A stretch of DNA of 35,645 nt from a virus (lineage: Duplodnaviria > Caudoviricetes), in the IMG/VR virus record IMGVR_UViG_3300034894_000009, positions 1-35,645 of that record; one strand, given 5' to 3'. Shown piece by piece: positions 27,601 through 35,047 of the stretch (positions within the stretch are counted from its first letter, which is position 1; each line of letters starts with the position of its first letter). Made by a program: the position numbers and the translations under genes. The notes under the pieces were generated by a model. The model ran no database searches, had not been told where the DNA came from, and was given only the letters and a program-made list of their open reading frames with translations.

Positions 27601-30600
27601 TAATCCGTAACGTAGCTGGTAGTTACGTATTAAGAGGATTTTCCTTTTCTGGCTTAAACACAAACGGTACAACTACGATAAATAAAGAGCAATGGTATAC
27701 AGTAGAGTTTATGTATGATAATACAAATAATAGATTTGCAGCATGGTTAAATGGTTCTGTTGAAATAAACCAAACTCCATCATTTAGCTATCCAGTGCAC
27801 AAAATATCGATAGGGTCAGAAGATTATTTATCGTCGTGGTCAGGGACAATGTTTTTTGATAACGTGATTGCGGCAAAAGATTCTATTGGGTACCAAAAAG
27901 AAATAAAGTTGATTTATCCAGATTTTAGAAGCAGAGTAAGTGCAAACGTTACTGCAATCTTTCTGGAAGAAGATGTTGGAGACTATGCAATCATAAAGAT
28001 TGATGGAACTGCAATCGACACACTATCCTCACCGCTTAATGGAGTAGGATATTTTAATGTAAACATAAATTCATTAAGCTCTGGAAACCATATCCTTAGA
28101 GCCGTATTGTACAATTCTTCGGATGATTCTTTAACCAAAACAGATTATAAATTTTATAAAGAATACTCATCTACTCCAGCGTTTACAATTGATTCGTTAA
28201 ACAACATTATAATTGATGGCAATAGGAAAATACTTGCGACCTCTTTTTCTTCTACTTTAGGCGGCATTAGAACTGTTGCAGTAGATTCAAACGCTGTTAA
28301 TATTATGATGGGCGGGAGCTTTTCAAATACCGATGTGGGGAGGTATTTAGATTCTTGTAATTTGTTTGATATTAAATTCATGGGGCCTGCACTTTTAAAT
28401 AACTGGTACAGCTCTGTTCCAAATGATACGATTGACAGTTTAATTTCTCGGCATAGCAGCGATCCTGCAATGGCTGCATGGATATTCCAAGAGGAGCCTG
28501 ATAATTGGGGGTCTGACCCACTGGAGACTAAAGAGTGGTGGGATACTATAAAAAAGCAAGACCCTATTCACCCACATGAAATTATTTTGATGGGATATTC
28601 TTATTTTGATAGCAACTGGCCAAGTACAAGGCGGTATCATTGGCCGACGTGGTCGGGAGATATTTATGGTTTTGACGTTTACCCAATTGCGCATTGGGAT
28701 GATGTAGGAGAAGATCATTTCGGAATAACTGAATATGTAAATTGCGTTGATGCAGCCATACAATGGAACCATTTTAAAATACCGGTAATACCGTTTATAC
28801 AGTCATCTAACTGCAATACCGGCTCTTCTTCATGGTTACCAACTGATTCGATGGTCATAAATATGTCATGGTTGGCGATAGTGCATGGAGCAAAAGGAGT
28901 GCATTGGTATCCATATCCGATTGATGGGACTGTGTGTGAAGATCCTGACTATGTTGATTATAGATATATCGGAATGAGGAACTTTAAAATACAAATGGAC
29001 TCTCTATCGAAATATATATGTTCCGACTCTGCCACTGGATTTACAATAACAGATAATGCAAACGATTCTGGAAGTAGGGTGGATTTTATGTGCAGAAAAG
29101 ATGGTGATACTACATACGTTTTTGCTGCGCGACTTTCTGAGCCAAATGAAATAAATACTGTTTCCGCAACATTTACAACTAATCAAACGTATCGAGTAGA
29201 TAAGTTAAACCTTGGTACGTGGGAATATTCTGAACATGATGCTAATTCATCAACGTTTTCTTCGGCGTTTACGCCAAACGATGTGCAGATTTTTAAATTA
29301 TACACTGACGAAACACCCACAGAGCCACCGGTGATAACAGTAGATCCGGTGTCGGTAACCGACACCATCAACCGGGACACTACGCTCTTTGCAGCAGCCA
29401 CTGGAGCAACATCGTGGCAGTGCCAGATATGGAGCGATGGCTCATGGACGGACACGGTTGCGAATGACTCGGCAAGGGTTGCTCTCACGCAATCCAGGGA
29501 CGGCGACAGTATACGCTTTATCGCGTCAAATACCGGCGGAGACGATACCAGCACGGCGGCTTTAATTACGGTACTCGCCGACACTTCGGCATATTTCAAC
29601 GTTGTTGTGCTGCCGGACATGCATATTGAAACAGCACTGAATTATCAATATGCAAAGTCTCAAGCTCAATGGATAATTGCAAACAAAACCGTGCAGAATA
29701 TCAAATACGTAGTTACCGTAGGCGATATGGTAACAAACGCAAAAACACGGCAAGAATGGCTGTGGGCGGACTCTATTTTCGACATGCTCGATACTGCAAA
29801 AGTTCCATACGCGATTGCTACCGGGAACCACGATTATGATTCCCTTGGAATTCGCCGGCTTGATTCGATGGCTCTTTATTTTCCGAAAACAAGGCTATCG
29901 AATAATTTTTGGTGGAATGGTAAATTTTGTGATTCAAGCAAAATATGCGAATCTGGCGTAAACACATTTACGGCATACGGGAATGCGTACGGAGTAATGA
30001 CTATAGAGGCTTTCCCGCGCGATACAATAACAGCATGGGCGAAAGAGTATTTGGATACCTCCAGCAATTATTACAATATTTTGTCAACACACTCTTATCT
30101 CGACAGCAACAACACCATTACCTCTGCAGATGTAACAGTTCTGACCGGCGAGGACATGGGGGATTCGATCTGGAAAAAGCTTCGTACAACCGATATTAAC
30201 TTCATAGTTTCCGGTGACATCGGAGGGAAGCTAAATTCATCCGGATTCCGGGTAAATTACACGAAACAAAAGACATATTGCAACCAGTTCAACAACGATT
30301 ACCAGCTGGAGGGAACATCAAACGGTGGCCTTGGATATCTCAGGATTTACAAATTTAAACCGATTGCAAACCGTATTGAAGTTCGCACGTACTCACCGTA
30401 TTTAAATCTGTACTCGAAAACTGATTACAGAGATAATTTTGCAACTTATATGTTCACTCCCGACAGCATAGGAAAATTGCCGAACAAATACATCAAACAT
30501 GCACTGTTGCCGACGGCTGCAAAGCTCGGGTACAATCCTGATTCCACTACCGGGAATTTCACCGTTGATAACACTGCCGGCAACAAATATCTGATCTACC

Positions 30601-31304
30601 GGGGGCCGAGAAACGACACAGACATAACTGTTACCGGGGCGAATTTGACCTATGCCAACGGTAAGCTAAAATTCAACAATTCCTCGACTTACATCACTTC
30701 TCCAACATACCGGCTGCGATTCGGGCAGCATGATTCCCTAAACATTTCACAGCTCGTTGTTGCACAAGTTAAGTGGACGGCTGCAAAAGACCTGTTCGGA
30801 GATCAGGGCACCGGCGGTTTTGGTGGGCTACAATTTTACCAGTCGATTACGCCAAAACGTTTTAGAGTACTCATGCAGCCAACAGCTACTACCGGAGGAT
30901 ATGCAATCTCTAAGTCGGTCAATCCAGGAGCCACAGACACTGTGCAGCTCGGATACGAGATCGATGGGGGAGCACCGCACGTTTATTACAACGGTGCTCT
31001 GCACGACTCGCTGACTAAAAATATTACCCATGACACTACGGTTGCCAGTGCGCTATACGGGTTCTGCGACATCGCCTATTTTGATACTGCTATTATTGCA
31101 GCGGTGCTGTTTGATACATCGATCGAGGCAACAGGGTTCAGCGGGATTTACTCTTCTGGTGGATCTTTTGGAGGATTAAAACTTTTTGACAATAACTTTT
31201 TAGTTGATTCTACTTTTTATAAAATCGATGACCTTGATATAGTTTCGGATGGAGCCAGTCACCGCAGATGGTGGTCATGGAGAGCGTTTAGTAATTGGAG
31301 GTAA
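24597..31304 (+). CDS. 2235-aa secreted multidomain protein: beta-helix, NodB-type polysaccharide deacetylase, LamG-like, glycoside-hydrolase-like barrel, Ig-like, calcineurin-like metallophosphoesterase
   Basis: Signal peptide MRFILFVLIIVSVAFSA; NCTF/NCRF/NCSI beta-helix repeats; ITFDD, NHTQDH, WPYG; WIFQEEPD, GFDVYP, AIVHGAKGVHWY; LPDMH, VGDMV, TGNHD, STHSY. Confidence 0.85.
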   Translation: MRFILFVLIIVSVAFSANFFIRSDGVATKANATGPYTDVNACMTVTTHNAATYSAGDNVYIYGVNRLTALNPPSTGVNYKNIGGMAEINGSKLLTSATYRWIKSSSGRNEYYCELAAGGNPSIASPSYMWINDQRCLVDGTLGNLDQHKGKYGDNDGLGFSTIYVRFEEGDPDVVTGIKVEVSATNYAWTHTSTNIANCTFDSILFNKTTSYVGYLSTACTSFVFKNCRFEKGSDMFQMTNPMRWKFHNCTFAESHGANYGVYVIGTSTDSILFNYCVVKETYSNGFYFNTTVATVYDIINCSIYGTGSTAVRIPTGNTDAEVNISNTAIINHGWRSSSTYGIQASSGTVDVAHSYYTDNWVSPASGGGVTGTIDSTGNIYGGFSRIVSHKIKNAPFAITFDDRTSLAYADTLAKVCNANGVYLTVALPNTNQFSAAEWDTANVFVSNGNEISNHTQDHAMLNVMTACTLQYVGAGTAATVTIDSVNKTLVTSITDASGDNLNISLTNASYNTTTELIAYLEGLAAYTCGKTEAYNDAVQTSLLFGVSGSSIMSKLPLGYDSTRFYDYQIAGNAKYLDDSITVAGYTCRTILWPYGRHDDSVDVFSRKLGVIGARDVSPMISEFPYVDIYDIPSWGISDIYSATEATMKRRCAAVLEGSAYTGYGACLQHGWTGTSKAGSIIFTEYADTAQELGYCKATTFALLSDTIRSWGTPYRTNIDTGRFYFINNRNYLDLRLLSASPLASAGDTGKLKRDLGLILNMNGDTIVRADGSLKTTSVNIGAYGTYNASPPPDSFTIDTTWYLGGAASGTVIVLPSRLKFEENEPCSVVAIPSSGYRCDSIIYQGDGIIGETKITNDTLALTMTENISASVYFSLIPVVDTNTYDTINRWSDLLFQDYFETGTYHRWAQIGAVDVWDWNKLDTVNVTDSIKKGRYALKVKYDGKCNALFDDDYTNTTNRSHDTVFERFEIYLGSDFSLTTNSEVVIGSVANTTQGNQAYLLIRNVAGSYVLRGFSFSGLNTNGTTTINKEQWYTVEFMYDNTNNRFAAWLNGSVEINQTPSFSYPVHKISIGSEDYLSSWSGTMFFDNVIAAKDSIGYQKEIKLIYPDFRSRVSANVTAIFLEEDVGDYAIIKIDGTAIDTLSSPLNGVGYFNVNINSLSSGNHILRAVLYNSSDDSLTKTDYKFYKEYSSTPAFTIDSLNNIIIDGNRKILATSFSSTLGGIRTVAVDSNAVNIMMGGSFSNTDVGRYLDSCNLFDIKFMGPALLNNWYSSVPNDTIDSLISRHSSDPAMAAWIFQEEPDNWGSDPLETKEWWDTIKKQDPIHPHEIILMGYSYFDSNWPSTRRYHWPTWSGDIYGFDVYPIAHWDDVGEDHFGITEYVNCVDAAIQWNHFKIPVIPFIQSSNCNTGSSSWLPTDSMVINMSWLAIVHGAKGVHWYPYPIDGTVCEDPDYVDYRYIGMRNFKIQMDSLSKYICSDSATGFTITDNANDSGSRVDFMCRKDGDTTYVFAARLSEPNEINTVSATFTTNQTYRVDKLNLGTWEYSEHDANSSTFSSAFTPNDVQIFKLYTDETPTEPPVITVDPVSVTDTINRDTTLFAAATGATSWQCQIWSDGSWTDTVANDSARVALTQSRDGDSIRFIASNTGGDDTSTAALITVLADTSAYFNVVVLPDMHIETALNYQYAKSQAQWIIANKTVQNIKYVVTVGDMVTNAKTRQEWLWADSIFDMLDTAKVPYAIATGNHDYDSLGIRRLDSMALYFPKTRLSNNFWWNGKFCDSSKICESGVNTFTAYGNAYGVMTIEAFPRDTITAWAKEYLDTSSNYYNILSTHSYLDSNNTITSADVTVLTGEDMGDSIWKKLRTTDINFIVSGDIGGKLNSSGFRVNYTKQKTYCNQFNNDYQLEGTSNGGLGYLRIYKFKPIANRIEVRTYSPYLNLYSKTDYRDNFATYMFTPDSIGKLPNKYIKHALLPTAAKLGYNPDSTTGNFTVDNTAGNKYLIYRGPRNDTDITVTGANLTYANGKLKFNNSSTYITSPTYRLRFGQHDSLNISQLVVAQVKWTAAKDLFGDQGTGGFGGLQFYQSITPKRFRVLMQPTATTGGYAISKSVNPGATDTVQLGYEIDGGAPHVYYNGALHDSLTKNITHDTTVASALYGFCDIAYFDTAIIAAVLFDTSIEATGFSGIYSSGGSFGGLKLFDNNFLVDSTFYKIDDLDIVSDGASHRRWWSWRAFSNWR

Positions 31305-31691
31305 CGGTTGCGCTATGAGTTCACTGATCTTGCTGACAAGATAGTCTGATGTTACCGACTTGCAGTAACTTGACATATCTTTGTACTCGTTTACCACTTT
31401 GGTAATATCAGCCTTTAGCTGTTGCCTGTCTGTGGCCTGCGACTCCTGATTAGCCTCCGCGCATCTTCCGCTTATTTTTTTACCGTTCTTGATAATAAAT
31501 CCAGATGGATCAATATACACTCCCCCAAACTCACAAAGCTCGCCATTTACGGTAATGGTACGTGGCCCGTCAACGTGGATTCCCATAGCTACTAAATATG
31601 CTGAAATCGCTATCGCAACCTCATTGCCGGTTAAATCAATTTGAACCCCCGGCCAATATTCTGTAGCCCATTTACCAAACGAGACTTTCAT
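31275..31691 (-). CDS. Cassette 1 gene, hypothetical protein
   Basis: AAAGGGA SD before MKVSFGKW; reads through the left arm and S0. Confidence 0.7.
   Translation of the reverse strand: MKVSFGKWATEYWPGVQIDLTGNEVAIAISAYLVAMGIHVDGPRTITVNGELCEFGGVYIDPSGFIIKNGKKISGRCAEANQESQATDRQQLKADITKVVNEYKDMSSYCKSVTSDYLVSKISELIAQPLPPITKRSP
31303..31423 (+). repeat. Degenerate attC-like spacer S0
   Basis: AAC-GGTTGC-GCTA..CTGAT ... ATCAG..TAGC-T-GTT; the AAC overlaps the stop codon of the giant gene. Confidence 0.45.
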
Positions 31692-31746
31692 ATTTCCCTT
31701 TCTTTGGAGCGGCCTACAATATTTGATCTCGCAGGCCATTGCGCAT

Positions 31747-31805
31747 AACGTGTTGCTCAATCTGCGCTGGCCGGGTCAGTTTCCGGCTGGCGTAGTTAAG
31801 CTGTT
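31747..31805 (+). repeat. attC-like spacer S1
   Basis: AAC-GTGTT-GCTCAA-T-CTGCGCTGGCCGG-N8-CCGGCTGGCGTAG-TTAAGC-T-GTT. Confidence 0.8.
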
Positions 31806-32018
31806 GGGCGATGTGCCCGTTTTTTCTATAGTGTTCGCGGCGCACGACACACACTTAGGAAAGGCACTTTCAGCCTTTGTTGCTAAACGCCATGACACGC
31901 GCACCGTTGAATAAAAGCACTCACGGAACTTCTCGATATTTATTGAATCATCAACGCACGCCATACATGGCGTTTTACCGCATTGTTTATCTTCGTAACA
32001 GCAAATAACCCACTTCAT
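31776..32018 (-). CDS. Cassette 2 gene, Cys-rich hypothetical protein
   Basis: AGGCGG SD-like sequence; arms GTTGGGCGATGTGCCCGTTTT / AAAACGGGCATTTCGCCCAAC and GCGGCGCA / TGCGCCGC. Confidence 0.65.
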   Translation of the reverse strand: MKWVICCYEDKQCGKTPCMACVDDSINIEKFRECFYSTVRVSWRLATKAESAFPKCVSCAANTIEKTGTSPNSLTTPAGN

Positions 32019-32063
32019 TTGCGCCGCCTATAATAAATTGTTTTCAAAACGGGCATTTCGCCC

Positions 32064-32120
32064 AACGTCACGCGCAACCCGCCAGTAGTGCCGCTTTGGG
32101 CATTGCTGGCTTGCGCTGTT
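32064..32120 (+). repeat. attC-like spacer S2
   Basis: AAC-GTCAC-GCGCAA-CCC-GCCAGTAGTGCC-N6-GGCATTGCTGGC-TTGCGC-T-GTT. Confidence 0.85.
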
Positions 32121-32952
32121 GTATGACGTTTTGTAAACTACCATGATTTTCAGCGGCGCATTTTCGATATATAATTGCGGGTCGCGCCCACTCGCGTTGA
32201 AACTTCTGCCACGTTGAATCGACGGTGTTCTTCACGTCGCGCCAGAGCATCGCCATAGGAAAAAAACCCAGTTCTACGCAAAGGCGCAGTCGCACTTCTG
32301 CCGCTTCGAAGGTGTCTCGCGGATATCCGATAAGGCAATACACCCGCATGCTTTGCCGAGTGAACCCGGCCGACCTAAGCATCGCAGAAGCTATTCTGAG
32401 CGGCTCCTCGTCGTCGGGCGTATCAAATGCGAAAAACATCTGAGCGGGCCGCAACTTTGAAAGTAGATCTACATGCCACGGTAAAAGCCGCTTTGCTTCT
32501 AATCCGCCAGTAAATTCCACACGCCTGCGCTGCCGCATGAGCATATCAAAAACCCCGCGTATATGCCGCTCAGAACAGGCCAGTATGTTATCATCAAGAA
32601 CATTTGTACCGTCCACAATAGGCAGTTCTACGAGGCCGGGTTCACGCTGCCACACGGAGCAAAACCAGCACCGATTCGGGCACCCGCGAGACGTTATTAC
32701 CGCACCTTCACGAACGTACATTCCAGGCACGAATACTGCGCCCGGTTGATTGTGGGCAGGACCTCCGAATTTAATAGGCGCGACGTGTCTCCACTGTTCC
32801 GCAAGATAATCAGCGCGACCCATATCCCACGTAAACAGAGTAGATACGTGTACCTCGTCGGCTTCATCGAAGAAACCAGGGACATCGTAATACGCCAGAC
32901 TATCGGTAGGTGACAGCCGGGTCTTTCGTGGGAATACTCTCGCAATCTTCAT
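32068..32952 (-). CDS. Cassette 3 gene, radical SAM protein
   Basis: Start MKIARVFP; TSRGCPNRCWFC (CxxxCxxC), LDDNIL, FAFD and VYCLIGY motifs. Confidence 0.9.
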   Translation of the reverse strand: MKIARVFPRKTRLSPTDSLAYYDVPGFFDEADEVHVSTLFTWDMGRADYLAEQWRHVAPIKFGGPAHNQPGAVFVPGMYVREGAVITSRGCPNRCWFCSVWQREPGLVELPIVDGTNVLDDNILACSERHIRGVFDMLMRQRRRVEFTGGLEAKRLLPWHVDLLSKLRPAQMFFAFDTPDDEEPLRIASAMLRSAGFTRQSMRVYCLIGYPRDTFEAAEVRLRLCVELGFFPMAMLWRDVKNTVDSTWQKFQREWARPAIIYRKCAAENHGSLQNVIQQRKPAMPKAALLAGCA

Positions 32953-32991
32953 GCGCCGCCTATAATTCAAAAGGTTTACAAAATGTTATAC

Positions 32992-33052
32992 AACGTTTGA
33001 CAAATGGTGACGTTTCCAATGTGCCTTTAGGCCGAAGCACCATTTGTCTGTT
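32992..33052 (+). repeat. attC-like spacer S3 (branched)
   Basis: AAC-GTTT-GACAAATGGTG...CACCATTTGTC-T-GTT, perfect 11-bp stem. Confidence 0.85.
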
Positions 33053-33251
33053 GTGGGATGTAACTCCCACTTTCAACCAGTTCATAGGAGCCGTATTCGC
33101 CCATAGCTTCGAGGCGTGCCATGATACAAGACCCGCACAGAAGGCCTGCCCCCTCGGCTTTCCCAGACGGTTTGATACGCTCCCAAATTTCGTCTGGCAC
33201 GCCCACATCAATACGGTACTGATTTCCACACCCTTGACATTTACACGACAT
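33027..33251 (-). CDS. Cassette 4 gene, zinc-ribbon-like protein
   Basis: AAAGGAG SD; MSCKCQGCG...VPDEIW...GLLCGSC. Confidence 0.75.
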   Translation of the reverse strand: MSCKCQGCGNQYRIDVGVPDEIWERIKPSGKAEGAGLLCGSCIMARLEAMGEYGSYELVESGSYIPQQTNGASA

Positions 33252-33299
33252 AGCTTCGACGGCTCCTTTACAATTTAAAAAGTGGGAGTTATTTCCCAC

Positions 33300-33360
33300 A
33301 ACGGAATAGCATGGCGACGTACCGCTTCGGTATGTGCGTAGCGAACGCCATGCGGTTGTT
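33300..33360 (+). repeat. attC-like spacer S4 (branched)
   Basis: AAC-GGAATA-GCATGGCG-ACGTACCG-CTT-CGGTATGT-N10-CGCCATGC-GGTT-GTT. Confidence 0.8.
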
Positions 33361-33402
33361 GGTAGAAGTAAACACCGCTACCAAATTTAACTTCCGGGCA
33401 CA

Positions 33403-33693
33403 CTACACTGACGACCTTTCACATAATTCATTGATGAGCGCAACCGACCTGTAAATACGATCGTTCGTTGCTGAGATAAAACCATCGAAATCGGAAAGCG
33501 AAGGCAATTTATCTGCGAGACCACACACCTTCGGATCTCCGGGGCCGATAACCGGAGCAAACTGAAGTTTGAAATGACCTACAGCTTCTTCGAGAACACA
33601 CAGAGCCTTGCCAACCTCATCAGTTCGTGATGAAAACTTCGACTGTGCCTGAAGAGCCGTAGCGCCGTTTGATGGATAACCTATTGTTTGCAT
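33403..33693 (-). CDS. Cassette 5 gene, helical hypothetical protein
   Basis: AAAGGAG SD before MQTIGYPS; the stop codon abuts the inner arm TCCGGGCACA. Confidence 0.7.
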   Translation of the reverse strand: MQTIGYPSNGATALQAQSKFSSRTDEVGKALCVLEEAVGHFKLQFAPVIGPGDPKVCGLADKLPSLSDFDGFISATNDRIYRSVALINELCERSSV

Positions 33694-33751
33694 GAGAACG
33701 ATGCTCCTTTTTGTGCCCGGACTACAATCTCGGGCTGGGTTTATTTTTACC

Positions 33752-33799
33752 AACGGGTTGCCGCACGCCCGATCGTTTTAATGTAGGGCTGCGGCTGTT
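33752..33799 (+). repeat. attC-like spacer S5 (42-nt family)
   Basis: AAC-GGGTT-GCCGCA-C-GCCC-GATCGTTTTAATGT-A-GGGC-TGCGGC-T-GTT. Confidence 0.9.
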
Positions 33800-33816
33800 A
33801 TGCGACGTAAATCCGC

Positions 33817-34035
33817 CTACCCGTTTTCTTTGGCGGGCGACGTTTCAAAACGACTGATGCGACTGTCGAGAATCTGAAGGTAATTCAACATCGCCGACGA
33901 CTGTCGGTTCATATCGAACTGTTCAATTTCGGGAAGCGACTTGAAAACATCGCCACCCAAAAATGCGTTCAACTTATCGAGACGGCTTTTAAGCTCGTCT
34001 CTTTCAACAATGACTCTTTCCTGATGCGGTTGCAT
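33817..34035 (-). CDS. Cassette 6 gene, crAss001_48-like small helical phage protein
   Basis: MQPHQERVIVERDEL..RLDKLNAFL...F..LP..EQ..M.RQ..AM..Y..IL..RI pattern; AAAGGAG SD. Confidence 0.75.
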   Translation of the reverse strand: MQPHQERVIVERDELKSRLDKLNAFLGGDVFKSLPEIEQFDMNRQSSAMLNYLQILDSRISRFETSPAKENG

Positions 34036-34103
34036 AGTAGCTCCTTTATGGTGTTAAATGTAAGCCCGCCAACTTTGATTTAAGAGGCGGATTTATGTTG
34101 TAT

Positions 34104-34151
34104 AACGGCCCCGCGCACAGCCGATCGTTTTAATGTCGGCTTGCGCGTGTT
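34104..34151 (+). repeat. attC-like spacer S6 (42-nt family)
   Basis: AAC-GGCCC-CGCGCA-C-AGCC-GATCGTTTTAATGT-C-GGCT-TGCGCG-T-GTT. Confidence 0.9.
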
Positions 34152-34172
34152 AGCCGATGTAAACCGCGCATC

Positions 34173-34487
34173 CTAATTGCCTTTCGGCGCATACACCGTT
34201 ACGACCTGTTCTTTTGCCTCGTACTCGCAAATACTTCCGGTATCGAACTTAAAGCCCGTTTCTTCTGCCGACATATCGCCGGTTGTTTCAGCATCACGAT
34301 ACCCGATGAGCATACCGTTTAATTCAACGACGGCAGTATAGTCAATCCACCAGCGCCGCCTTGATTCGTTGCCGCGCCATACTTGCTTGGCCTCACGTAT
34401 AGATTCAATGATTGTGGCCTCGTCGGCAGAGTATCCGTTTGCAGAATTGAACGCTGTTACATGCTGCAATACTTTTTCGTTAATCAC
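34173..34487 (-). CDS. Cassette 7 gene, hypothetical phage protein
   Basis: AAAGGAG SD before GTG (MINEKVLQ); RRRWWI...VVELNGMLIGY..A.TTGD. Confidence 0.75.
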   Translation of the reverse strand: MINEKVLQHVTAFNSANGYSADEATIIESIREAKQVWRGNESRRRWWIDYTAVVELNGMLIGYRDAETTGDMSAEETGFKFDTGSICEYEAKEQVVTVYAPKGN

Positions 34488-34542
34488 AAAGGCTCCTTTC
34501 TTTTTGCGCCGAACTATAAACTCAGCGCGGTTTATTTTGGCT

Positions 34543-34668
34543 AACGTGTTGCCGCACCCGCAAGAAGTTAAACTTTCCCACACTCACGATACCGCTCATC
34601 CTGATAGTGCTGCTCAATAAGCTGCATAGGATCGATGTCGGAAAGTTTAATTTTTTGCTGCGGCTGTT
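34543..34668 (+). repeat. attC-like spacer S7 (long, 120 nt)
   Basis: AAC-GTGTT-GCCGCA-CCC-GCAAGAAGTTAAACTTTCC...GGAAAGTTTAATTTTTTGC-TGCGGC-T-GTT. Confidence 0.85.
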
Positions 34669-34921
34669 GTGTTTTGTTGACAGTATCACCTTGAATTTCT
34701 TCTGGCGCGTTATCGTCTTTAACCCAGTATACAGGGACAAACGGAACGTGAGCCAGCTCGTTTTGATATTTGCAATACTTTACCGGACAGATACAAACCT
34801 TCAAAAAGCCACGGTACCCCGTGATGAATACCGCCGGTACCTTACTGGCAAACTTACACGTAGAAAAACTATTTCCCGTATCGTGACAGAACGGTATTTT
34901 ACAACTTGCCACGCTTGACAT
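34568..34921 (-). CDS. Cassette 8 gene, Cys-containing hypothetical protein
   Basis: AAGGAG SD before MSSVASCK; stop codon lies inside S7. Confidence 0.65.
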   Translation of the reverse strand: MSSVASCKIPFCHDTGNSFSTCKFASKVPAVFITGYRGFLKVCICPVKYCKYQNELAHVPFVPVYWVKDDNAPEEIQGDTVNKTQQPQQKIKLSDIDPMQLIEQHYQDERYRECGKV

Positions 34922-34976
34922 AAACAACGCTCCTTCGCGCCAGACTACAATAAAAAGAATGCTGGCAATTGAACAC

Positions 34977-35047
34977 AACGGATCAGCAAGGCAGAAGCGC
35001 CGCTTCGGCGTTTGGGTCGAGGCTTTGCGAGCCTGCCTTGCGTTGTT
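34977..35047 (+). repeat. attC-like spacer S8 (branched)
   Basis: AAC-GGATCA-GCAAGGCAG-AAGCGCCG-CTT-CGGCGTTT...CTGCCTTGC-GTT-GTT. Confidence 0.8.

Noticed and set aside
15503-31304. Diversity-generating retroelement targeting the fibre or the giant protein
   Set aside because: No reverse transcriptase and no TR/VR pair differing at adenines was noticed.
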